DNA of 64,000 nt from the NCBI GenBank assembly GCA_965225855.1, contig CBDDCK010000005.1:1061509-1125508 (forward strand), written 5' to 3'. This DNA comes from Spirochaetia bacterium. Its GTDB lineage: Bacteria; Spirochaetota; Spirochaetia; SP-2023. Below are positions 38,569-46,215 of this stretch, one piece after another (position 1 is the stretch's first letter; every line of letters starts with the position of its first letter). A program made the position numbers and the translations under genes. Under the pieces are notes generated by a model. The model made no database searches. It was not told where the DNA came from and saw only the letters and a list, made by a program, of their open reading frames with translations.

Positions 38569-40575
38569 ATGAGTTTTCCTTTAAATCCAGAGCAGTTGCA
38601 AGCGGTACACAATAGCCAAGGGCCCCTGTTAATCATTGCTGGGGCTGGCAGTGGTAAGACCCGTGTCGTTACCGAACGCATTATTTACCTACAAAAGTCG
38701 GGTATTGATATGCGCAATATTTTAGCCTTAACCTTTACCAACAAAGCTGCACGGGAAATGCGTGAACGCATCAGTGAAAAAATGGATAAGAAAGAAGCCA
38801 AGCAGCTAACCTTGCTAACCTTCCATTCTTTTGGCATGCAAGTTTTGCAGCACCATGCCAAACTTTTGGGTTACGGTACCAATTTCAGTATTTACGACAC
38901 GATCGATGCAATGAGTTGCTTAAAAGAAGCTGCTACACAATTGAAATGGACTGCCGATTACACTTTGCTTAAACAAGCCCAAGATACTATCAGCCGCATA
39001 AAAATGCAGCGAGGGCAATGGGATAGTGATAGTTTAGCGTTTAAAGAGGTATACCAAGAATATCACCGCCATTTAAAAGCCTATAATGCTTTTGATTTTG
39101 ATGACTTAATCTGTAAGCCTTTCCAGCTTTGGAGCGAACACCCCGAAGTTTTAGAACGCTACCGAAACCGCTACCGCTATGTTATGGTAGATGAATTTCA
39201 AGATACTTCCATTTTGCAATACCGCTTGCTGCGCCAACTGGTGGCCGTTCATCGCAACATTTGCTGTGTGGGCGATGACGATCAATCCATTTATTCTTGG
39301 CGTGGAGCCAATTACCAAAATATTTTACTGTTTGAACAAGACTTTCCCGAACGCCAAGAAATTCGTTTAGAACGCAACTATCGTTCGACAAAGACTATCC
39401 TCGATGCGGCCAATGCGGTAATCGGGCACAACCCAAACCGCAAGGAAAAAAACTTGCGCCCCGAAACCGAAAAAAAAGAAAACCTGATTGTCTGCAGTTT
39501 TCCTGAAACCGATGAACATGAAGCCCGTTTTGTTTGCGATACGATCCGCACATTGCGCTCTCTCAACCAACTCAAGTATGAAGAAATTGGCATATTGGTA
39601 CGCACCAATAGCCTAATGCGCACTTTGGAATCCCATTTGTTGGAAGCACGCATGCCCTATGTGGTTTCGGGCGGGCAAAGCTTTTTCCAAAGGGCAGAAA
39701 TCAAGGACTTAATTGCCTACTTGCGGGTGCTACAAAACCCCGATGACGATGTAAGTTTGCTACGCATTGTCAATAAACCCAGCCGCCGCATTGGCCCCAA
39801 ATCGGTAGAAAAGCTGCGTAGTCTTGCCCAAGCCCAAAGCTGGAGCATTTATGAAGTTATGCGCGACATTGTCCTTAGCGGGGATTCCCGCTATTCAGAA
39901 TTGCTAGAGAGTTGTGCCGACTTTGTGATGCTGATCGAAGAGCTTAGGCCCCAGTTTATGCAGGCTCCCAATCCTGAAATTAGCTTGGCGAATTTGTGCC
40001 AAACCCTAATTGAAGAGATTGACTACTGGGGCTTTCTGTTACAACAATTTAGCGAGAGGCCCGCTGCAGCTAAACGGCGTTTTGAGTCTATGCAAAGTTT
40101 TTGCGAAATGCTCAAGCGTTGGGAAGGCTATGAAGGCGGGGTAGAGCGCAGCCTAAAGTCGTGGCTCAACCGCATTAGCCTCATTACCCGCGATGAGTTG
40201 GGAGACGAAGGCGATGGCAAAATTTGCCTTTCTACCATTCATGCAGCCAAGGGCTTGGAGTTTGACTTAGTGTTCCTTTGTGGGGTGGAAGAAGGCATTT
40301 TGCCTCATGTGCGCTCTTTAGAAGAACATGCTTACGATAAGGAAGAAGAGCGTAGGTTGTTTTATGTTGCATTAACTCGGGCCAAACGCTGGCTCTACCT
40401 TACTGCCTGCCAAAGCCGCTTGAAAAACGGCAAGCAAGAACAGTGCCAAGCCTCATCTTTTTTAGATGAAATTCCCCAACAGCTTACCAGTGCCGAACAT
40501 GAGCTAACCGAAGAAGAATCGGAAAAAATGCTGGAACAGGCAATGGCCAATTTGCCCTGGCTGCGCCAATCATAG
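38569..40575 (+). CDS. ATP-dependent DNA helicase, UvrD/PcrA/Rep family (SF1)
   Basis: 'AGAGSGKT' (Walker A), 'TFTNKAAREM', 'VDEFQDTS', 'GDDDQSIYSWRGA', 'NYRST', 'TIHAAKGLEF' and 'YVALTRAK'. Confidence 0.9.
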   Translation: MSFPLNPEQLQAVHNSQGPLLIIAGAGSGKTRVVTERIIYLQKSGIDMRNILALTFTNKAAREMRERISEKMDKKEAKQLTLLTFHSFGMQVLQHHAKLLGYGTNFSIYDTIDAMSCLKEAATQLKWTADYTLLKQAQDTISRIKMQRGQWDSDSLAFKEVYQEYHRHLKAYNAFDFDDLICKPFQLWSEHPEVLERYRNRYRYVMVDEFQDTSILQYRLLRQLVAVHRNICCVGDDDQSIYSWRGANYQNILLFEQDFPERQEIRLERNYRSTKTILDAANAVIGHNPNRKEKNLRPETEKKENLIVCSFPETDEHEARFVCDTIRTLRSLNQLKYEEIGILVRTNSLMRTLESHLLEARMPYVVSGGQSFFQRAEIKDLIAYLRVLQNPDDDVSLLRIVNKPSRRIGPKSVEKLRSLAQAQSWSIYEVMRDIVLSGDSRYSELLESCADFVMLIEELRPQFMQAPNPEISLANLCQTLIEEIDYWGFLLQQFSERPAAAKRRFESMQSFCEMLKRWEGYEGGVERSLKSWLNRISLITRDELGDEGDGKICLSTIHAAKGLEFDLVFLCGVEEGILPHVRSLEEHAYDKEEERRLFYVALTRAKRWLYLTACQSRLKNGKQEQCQASSFLDEIPQQLTSAEHELTEEESEKMLEQAMANLPWLRQS

Positions 40576-40728
40576 GCTGGTTGCGCTAATCATAAGCATT
40601 GTATCCAATATTCAATACAAACAACATAAAGTACAGTTTGGGCCAGAAATTTTCAGGTGCTGGAAAACCCATGCAAAAATGTAGAACCAAAATCTCCCAA
40701 ACTATTTAATAAAGGAAAGAACACTGTT

Positions 40729-41232
40729 ATGAATCATGAACAAGCCTTACAACATTTGGCCGCCGCTATTGCCTATTTGCGCAATTGTAGCCAAACCGAA
40801 GCCCAGCCCAGCGCCAAGCGTTGTTTTCAATTGATGAGCTACTGGCTCCAAGGGCCCACAGAGCCGCCGCGCCTAAGCTTATTTGATGCCAAAGGCTATT
40901 GCGGCACAATCCAAGAGTCTGGCCAGGTGTATGGCCTATGCCCCCATCACTTAATGCCTTATCACGGCAGCTATCAACTAAACTTTCAACCGGGTAGTAC
41001 TATTGTTGGCCTTTCTTCTATTAGCCGTGCTGTGCATCATTTTTGCCGTAGGGCCCTGCTACAGGAAAGCTTAACTCAAGAGCTAGGGCAATTCTTTTAC
41101 CAACAATTGCAGCCCCAATCGTTAGAGTTTCGGATTAGTGCACGGCATTTTTGTAAAGAGATGCAACCCATAAACCACAGCCGCAGCACCCAAGATTTTG
41201 TAACCTGCTGGAAATCCCCAAATTGCCAATAG
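40729..41232 (+). CDS. folE: GTP cyclohydrolase I-like protein (divergent, short)
   Basis: 'CPHHLMPYHGSYQLNFQPGSTIVGLSSISRAVHHFCRRALLQESLTQEL' parallels the FolE core C-x-H-H-L-x-P...VGLSK..R....RR.Q.QE.LT. I prefer the ATG at 40729 (AAAGGAAAG RBS) over the GTG at 40657 in the track. Confidence 0.55.
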   Translation: MNHEQALQHLAAAIAYLRNCSQTEAQPSAKRCFQLMSYWLQGPTEPPRLSLFDAKGYCGTIQESGQVYGLCPHHLMPYHGSYQLNFQPGSTIVGLSSISRAVHHFCRRALLQESLTQELGQFFYQQLQPQSLEFRISARHFCKEMQPINHSRSTQDFVTCWKSPNCQ

Positions 41233-41263
41233 CAAAGCAAAAGCTATTGCAGGAGATAGAGCC

Positions 41264-41304
41264 AAATTATGGCGGAAAACTTACTCGCTTGGCCGCCATA
41301 ATTT
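41264..41304. terminator. Bidirectional hairpin between convergent genes
   Basis: AAATTATGGCGG (41264-41275) and CCGCCATAATTT (41293-41304) form perfect 12-bp arms between the folE-like stop and the stop of the minus-strand 241-aa gene. Confidence 0.5.
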
Positions 41305-41317
41305 GCAAGTTTGTAAT

Positions 41318-42043
41318 TTATTGAGATTCGGCTACATTGGGCAAAACAGCTTGCACCAATTGATTATCGCTGTACTGGCGCACAATTACGCTCACCTGGC
41401 CTTGCACGTCAGCCGGTACGGTACAGTGAATTTGATCGTGCTTGTAGAGTGAATAAATGCTTGCTCGCTGTTCACTATCGTCTGCCAATTTGAAAAATAC
41501 CCCGCAATTAGTTGCCAGTGTGCGCAATTCTTTGGGTGGGTTAAAGTGTGCCCCGTAGATGCCAAAAGTATTGGACGGGCTGTACTGGCCTTTTTCTTGG
41601 GTTTTAAAGTCTAGCACATGGGTAATTTGTGGCTTGGCTTTGTCCGTATTCAATTTGATAAACGGCTGCTTTTGTTGTAGCAACATATTCAATAGCAAGC
41701 GTGCAAAAGGTGCTTTTGAGTTGACATTGAGATGTAAGTCAATGTCTTCACTGCGCAAAACATAGTTTGGGTCGGTAATTTTAATGCCTTTTTTCAGGCG
41801 GCAAGAAACATTAAAACCCAAAAAATCTTGCAGTAACGTATTGCGCCCACTGGCTAAAATCCGGGCGATCTGCACGGGGAAACCCAATAGCAGACCCTTG
41901 ACATCGATCACGCTAAAGCTACTTTCCTCACTAATGGCTAGGGCTAGTTCATCTTCGCTTGCGCTACCTTGGGGGTGGATATGGATAAAATATTCATCGT
42001 CATCGGTTAAATAGTTATAGTCTACTGTGTAATAAATGGGCAT
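41318..42043 (-). CDS. Hypothetical protein (241 aa)
   Basis: Long ORF with host-like composition. No motif recognised. Confidence 0.5.
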   Translation of the reverse strand: MPIYYTVDYNYLTDDDEYFIHIHPQGSASEDELALAISEESSFSVIDVKGLLLGFPVQIARILASGRNTLLQDFLGFNVSCRLKKGIKITDPNYVLRSEDIDLHLNVNSKAPFARLLLNMLLQQKQPFIKLNTDKAKPQITHVLDFKTQEKGQYSPSNTFGIYGAHFNPPKELRTLATNCGVFFKLADDSEQRASIYSLYKHDQIHCTVPADVQGQVSVIVRQYSDNQLVQAVLPNVAESQ

Positions 42044-42238
42044 AGCGTCCTACTTTGTGCATTGGATATTGGCTAAATTGTGGTAACAAAGCCGTTGCTA
42101 TTTATTATAAGCAAAATAGCAGTAATGGTCTATAGTTTTACAAGCTAAAGCAGACGGTGATAGCCTGCTTAGCAAGGCTGTATTTGCTTGTTTGCTAGTG
42201 GGTTTTGGCCCTGATAGCCTTGCTATTGAATAAATACC

Positions 42239-42352
42239 AAGGCTGTAAAAAAATTTATTAAGGCTACAAATTTTTTTGTCAAGGCTGTAAATTTTTTTAG
42301 CAAGGCTGCAAAAAGATTTTGCAAGGCTGTATTTTCGCAAATACCAAGGCTC
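42239..42352. repeat. 21-bp-phased AAGGCTG direct-repeat array (6 units), copy 1
   Basis: AAGGCT(G/A/C) starts at 42239, 42260, 42281, 42302, 42323 and 42346. Each core is followed by an A/T tract. Confidence 0.85.
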
Positions 42353-42501
42353 TAATTCTGAATTGCATACTTGGCTATTACTTTTTGCCTTATGGTAGAT
42401 TACTAGATATTCACCAGCCAATATTTGGGTTACTAGCTACAAAAAAAGGGTCTAAGACCCCAAAAAAACAGAAAAAATTGCAAATAATATTTGCAAAGCA
42501 C

Positions 42502-42529
42502 TTGACCATCTTGCCTCCCCAAATATAAT
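42502..42529 (+). promoter_or_regulatory. Candidate sigma70 promoter of lipoprotein gene
   Basis: TTGACC (42502-42507), 16 nt, TATAAT (42524-42529), about 65 nt upstream of the AGGAGG-preceded ATG. Conserved at 44591-44618. Confidence 0.5.
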
Positions 42530-42594
42530 AGGTCCGCAATAGTGCAGCCCGTATGGGTTTGCAAACCTTTATTCTCTTTTTAGGAGGTAGTTTT

Positions 42595-43248
42595 ATGCAC
42601 AAGCATAATATATTCTTTTTGCCGATAGCCTTGCTATTGAGTTTTTTAGTGTTGTTTTCTTGCAACCTAGACACGGAAGAAATAAAAGACCAATTGGAAG
42701 ACCAATCGAAAGACCAATTGCCAGACACAGGAAAAATAAAAGACCAATTGGAAGACCAATCGAAAAACCAATTGCCAGACACGGGAAAAATAAAAGACCA
42801 ATTGGAAGACCAATCGAAAAACCAATTGCCAGACACGGGAAAAATAAAAGACCAATTGGAAGACCAATCGAAAAACCAATTGCCAGACACGGGAAAAATA
42901 AAAGACCAATTGGAAGACAAAGCCCAATTGAGCCCCCCAAGCTGGATATATGGAACTTGGCAACATACAGTTGACGGTTCTGTTACACTTAGTTTTGAAT
43001 TTACAGCTGACGATATGATAATAGAAGCAAGTGGTGTCACCTCTTCTTTCAAAGATTTACCCGCCGCTGTAGTAAAGGAACAAACCAACACCAACACTGT
43101 TTATACAGTTAAGATAACAAAAAGTTCAACTAAAACAGATGTCTCAGATGGCACTTACAAATTTGAGAAAAAAACCGCATCAACACTGGATTATACTTTT
43201 AATGATACTTTTACTGAGGGCAAGCCAATAACTTTTAGCAAGCAATAA
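42595..43248 (+). CDS. Lipoprotein with an 18-aa tandem-repeat linker (paralogue 1)
   Basis: AGGAGG RBS then ATG at 42595. The signal peptide ends in the lipobox 'LVLFSC'. There are 4.4 copies of IKDQLEDQSKNQLPDTGK. The C-terminal domain is shared with 44684-45127. Confidence 0.75.
   Translation: MHKHNIFFLPIALLLSFLVLFSCNLDTEEIKDQLEDQSKDQLPDTGKIKDQLEDQSKNQLPDTGKIKDQLEDQSKNQLPDTGKIKDQLEDQSKNQLPDTGKIKDQLEDKAQLSPPSWIYGTWQHTVDGSVTLSFEFTADDMIIEASGVTSSFKDLPAAVVKEQTNTNTVYTVKITKSSTKTDVSDGTYKFEKKTASTLDYTFNDTFTEGKPITFSKQ
42682..42920 (+). repeat. 54-bp in-frame tandem repeat, about 4.4 copies
   Basis: Units at 42682, 42736, 42790 and 42844 plus a partial unit at 42898. The units are near-identical. 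Confidence 0.9.
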
Positions 43249-43284
43249 CTTTTAACAAGCATAGATTCAATATTGTTTGTTTAC

Positions 43285-43312
43285 AGCCGCCTCTAACGAG
43301 GTGGCTTTTTTG
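43285..43312 (+). terminator. Rho-independent terminator after the lipoprotein gene
   Basis: AGCCGCCTC-TAAC-GAGGTGGCT stem (one G-U pair) followed by TTTTTT. Repeated at 45148-45175. Confidence 0.65.
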
Positions 43313-43344
43313 TTGCCAAACTATAGGATAGGGCGCATAGATAC

Positions 43345-43373
43345 TTGGCTAAACTTACAAAACCCACTATAGT
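43345..43373 (+). promoter_or_regulatory. Promoter positioned for a leaderless transcript
   Basis: TTGGCT (43345-43350), 17 nt, TATAGT (43368-43373), 6 nt, ATG (43380). There is no Shine-Dalgarno sequence. Confidence 0.5.
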
Positions 43374-43379
43374 AGCCCC

Positions 43380-44171
43380 ATGGAAATATTACAAAAATCC
43401 GCTAGCGATACCGCCATAATCCAAGAAATTGTGGAAAGCCTGTTAAAAGACACGCTAGCCCAAGAAGTGCAACGCCAGCTTAAAAACCAACTGGCCGAAC
43501 AACTGTCATTGCAAGCAAGCACGCAAACACAGGAAAAACCTAAATCTTTTAGCGATAGCTATGAGCACCAACTTTTTGAGCGCATGGTGCAGGTGGAAGA
43601 ACAGCTCAAAAAGAACCAAGAATTACTCAAAGCCTTTATGCAGCAAGTGGATAAACGCTTTGAACAGATGGATAAGCGTTTTGAGCAAGTGGACAAACGC
43701 TTTGAATCTATGCAGCAAAGCATGGACAAGCGTTTTGAACAAATGGATAAGCGTTTTGAGCAAGTGGACAAACGCTTTGAAGCTATGCAGCAAAGCATGG
43801 ATAAGCGTTTTGAAGCTATGCAGCAAAGCATGGACAAACGCTTTGAATCTATGCAGCAAAGCATGGACAAACGCTTTGAGCAAATGCAACAAAGTATCGA
43901 TAAACGCCTTGAATCTATGCAGCAAAACATGGACAAACGCTTTGAGCAAATGCAACAAAGTATCGATAAACGCCTTGAATCTATGCAGCAAAACATGGAC
44001 AAGCGTTTTGAAACTATGCAGCAAAACATGGATAAACGCTTTGAGCAATTGGATAAACGCCTTGAGACTATGCAGCAGAATATGGATAAACGCTTTTTGA
44101 TGCTGCAATGGTTCATGGGTATTGGCATGGGCTTAATTATTGGCATCTTGGGCTTGCTGAAACTTTCATAA
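43380..44171 (+). CDS. Tail-anchored coiled-coil protein with MDKRFE 7/11-residue repeats (paralogue 1, 263 aa)
   Basis: Conserved N-terminal domain, about 150 aa of (MQQS/N)MDKRFE(Q/A/S/T) repeats, and a single C-terminal TM segment 'WFMGIGMGLIIGILGLL'. Confidence 0.75.
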   Translation: MEILQKSASDTAIIQEIVESLLKDTLAQEVQRQLKNQLAEQLSLQASTQTQEKPKSFSDSYEHQLFERMVQVEEQLKKNQELLKAFMQQVDKRFEQMDKRFEQVDKRFESMQQSMDKRFEQMDKRFEQVDKRFEAMQQSMDKRFEAMQQSMDKRFESMQQSMDKRFEQMQQSIDKRLESMQQNMDKRFEQMQQSIDKRLESMQQNMDKRFETMQQNMDKRFEQLDKRLETMQQNMDKRFLMLQWFMGIGMGLIIGILGLLKLS

Positions 44172-44327
44172 CTCAATTGCCATTTTGCTATGCTTTTAGG
44201 TTAGTACCTACATAGCTAAATTGTGCTTGCCTACTTTGCATCGGCCCATATACAAAGCACAAAGCTGCATTTAGCCCAAAACCCACTAGCAAACAAGCAA
44301 ATACAGCCTTGCTATTGAATAAATACC

Positions 44328-44441
44328 AAGGCTGTAAAAAAATTTATTAAGGCTACAAATTTTTTTGTCAAGGCTGTAAATTTTTTTAGCAAGGCTGCAA
44401 AAAGATTTTGCAAGGCTGTATTTTCGCAAATACCAAGGCTC
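44328..44441. repeat. 21-bp-phased AAGGCTG array, copy 2
   Basis: Near-identical to 42239-42352. Cores at 44328, 44349, 44370, 44391, 44412 and 44435. Confidence 0.85.
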
Positions 44442-44590
44442 TAATTCTGAATTGCATACTTGGCTATTACTTTTTGCCTTATGGTAGATTGCTAGATATT
44501 CACCAGCCAATATTTGGGTTGCTAGCTACAAAAAAAGGGTCTAAGACCCCAAAAAAACAGAAAAAATTGCAAATAATATTTGCAAAGCAC

Positions 44591-44618
44591 TTGACCATCT
44601 TACCCCCAAAAATATAAT
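44591..44618 (+). promoter_or_regulatory. Candidate sigma70 promoter of lipoprotein paralogue 2
   Basis: TTGACC, 16 nt, TATAAT. Same geometry as 42502-42529. Confidence 0.5.
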
Positions 44619-44683
44619 AGGTTCGCAATAGTGCAGCCCGTATGGGTTTGCAAACTTTTATTCTCTTTTTAGGAGGTAGTTTT

Positions 44684-45127
44684 ATGCACAAGCATAATAT
44701 ATTCTTTTTGCCGATAGCCTTGCTATTGAGTTTTCTAGTGTTGTTTTCTTGCAAACTAGACACGGGAAAAATAAAAGACCAATTGGAAGACCAAGAAGAC
44801 CAATTGGAAGACAAAGCCCAATTGAGCCCCCCAAGCTGGATACGTGGAACTTGGCAACAGACAGTTAACGGTTCTGTTACACTTAGTTTTGAATTTACAG
44901 CTGACAATATGACACAAACAGCAAGTGGTCAATCCACTTCTTTCAAGGAATTACCCGCTTCAGCAGTAGAGGAACAAACCAATAACAGCACTGTTTATGC
45001 AGTTAAGCTAACAGCAAAGTCAATAGTGTCCACCTACAAATTTGAGAAAAAAACCGCATCAACACTGGGTTATACTATTACTGCGAAAGGGTCAACAGTT
45101 GGTCCTTTGACTCTTACCAAGCAATAG
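44684..45127 (+). CDS. Lipoprotein paralogue 2 (repeat linker collapsed to about 1 unit)
   Basis: Signal peptide and lipobox identical to paralogue 1. Only 'GKIKDQLEDQEDQLEDKAQL' remains where the repeats sit in paralogue 1. The C-terminal domain is homologous. Confidence 0.75.
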   Translation: MHKHNIFFLPIALLLSFLVLFSCKLDTGKIKDQLEDQEDQLEDKAQLSPPSWIRGTWQQTVNGSVTLSFEFTADNMTQTASGQSTSFKELPASAVEEQTNNSTVYAVKLTAKSIVSTYKFEKKTASTLGYTITAKGSTVGPLTLTKQ

Positions 45128-45147
45128 ATTTAATATTGTTTGTTTAC

Positions 45148-45175
45148 AGCCGCCTCTAACGAGGTGGCTTTTTTG
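45148..45175 (+). terminator. Rho-independent terminator (copy 2)
   Basis: Same hairpin and T-run as 43285-43312. Confidence 0.65.
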
Positions 45176-45207
45176 TTGCCAAACTATAGGATAGGGCGCA
45201 TAGATGC

Positions 45208-45236
45208 TTGGCTAAACTTACAAAACCCACTATAGT
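45208..45236 (+). promoter_or_regulatory. Leaderless-type promoter (copy 2)
   Basis: TTGGCT, 17 nt, TATAGT, 6 nt, ATG at 45243. Confidence 0.5.
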
Positions 45237-45242
45237 AGCCCC

Positions 45243-45686
45243 ATGGAAATATTACAAAAATCCGCTAGCGATACCGCCATAATCCAAGAAATTGTGGAAA
45301 GCCTGTTAAAAGACACGCTAGCCCAAGAAGTGCAACGCCAGCTTAAAAACCAACTGGCCGAACAACTGTCATTGCAAGCAAGCACGCAAACACAGGAAAA
45401 ACCTAAATCTTTTAGCGATAGCTATGAGCGCCAACTGTTTGAGCGCATGGTGCGAGTGGAAGAAGAGCTAAAAAACAACCAAGAATTACTCAAAGCCTTT
45501 ATGCAGCAAGTGGATAAACGCTTTGAAGCTATGCAGCAAAGCATGGACAAACGCTTTGAAGCTATGCAGCAAAACATGGATAAACGCTTTGAGCAAGTAG
45601 ATAAACGTTTTATGACGTTGCAATGGTTTATGGGAATTGGCTTTGGCTTGATTATGAGTACCTTGGGCTTGCTGAAACTTTCATAA
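45243..45686 (+). CDS. Tail-anchored coiled-coil MDKRFE-repeat protein (paralogue 2, 147 aa, few repeats)
   Basis: The N-terminal 60 aa are identical to 43380-44171. The repeat block is much shorter. C-terminal TM segment present. Confidence 0.75.
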   Translation: MEILQKSASDTAIIQEIVESLLKDTLAQEVQRQLKNQLAEQLSLQASTQTQEKPKSFSDSYERQLFERMVRVEEELKNNQELLKAFMQQVDKRFEAMQQSMDKRFEAMQQNMDKRFEQVDKRFMTLQWFMGIGFGLIMSTLGLLKLS

Positions 45687-45843
45687 CTCAATTGCCAGCT
45701 TGCTATGATGTTTAGGCTAATTCTAGCATAGCTAAATTGTGCTTGCCTACTTTGCATCGGCCCATATACAAAGCACAAAGCTGCATTTAGCCCAAAACCC
45801 ACTAGCAAACAAGCAAATACAGCCTTACTATTGGCCAAATACC

Positions 45844-45913
45844 AAGGCTGTAAATTTTTTTATTAACTTGCTAAAAAAATTTATTAAGGCTGTAAAATTT
45901 TTTATCAAGTTGG
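45844..45913. repeat. 21-bp-phased AAGGCTG-type array, copy 3 (4 units, 2 degenerate)
   Basis: Cores at 45844 (AAGGCTG), 45865 (AACTTGC), 45886 (AAGGCTG) and 45907 (AAGTTGG). Confidence 0.75.
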
Positions 45914-46215
45914 CTTTTTCTTAGTAGCAATGCTGAAGGCGGTCAAATTCAAGTAGAGAATTGGCCAATTCCCATAAGAAAGTTGGCTAATGCCAAGGCT
46001 TGGCTGCCAATATATACCCTAGACAACTGCCTTTTTACAATAAAGGTTTTACCCTGTTCCTAGCTTGCAACAACTGTTCACAAAATTTTCACAAGCTAGT
46101 TATAAAATCTGTTCTAAAGTATCTCAATAAGGGTTTGCTTACTTGTATCTAAAGTTTTAATTTTTTAAAATGGGCTAGCGCACATAGTGCAATACAACAA
46201 ATAAAGGAGTTCTAA

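Noticed and set aside
42098-42421. Small minus-strand ORFs over the AAGGCTG arrays (42098-42421, 44286-44510, 48729-48914, 50234-50422, 51227-51415, 52224-52412), and plus-strand ORFs 42319-42528 and 44408-44617.
   Set aside because: Their 7-aa periodic sequence (SLAKK.YSL.KK) simply mirrors the 21-bp DNA repeat. They have no RBS and no conserved start, and they overlap promoter regions.
42411-43097. ORFs antisense to or out of frame with the lipoprotein tandem repeat (42411-43097, 42593-42940, 42660-42974, 42667-42966, 44500-44907).
   Set aside because: These are repeat-driven open frames. The plus-strand lipoprotein frame has an RBS, a signal peptide with lipobox and a conserved paralogue.
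43559-44176. Long antisense and alternative-frame ORFs across the coiled-coil repeat regions (43559-44176, 43561-44100, 43623-44108, 50655-51173, 50701-51105, 50732-51067, 51739-52170, 51785-52102, 51816-52064, 45422-45838).
   Set aside because: Low-complexity tandem repeats stay open in several frames. Only the plus-strand frame has a conserved N-terminal domain, a C-terminal TM anchor and a conserved promoter.
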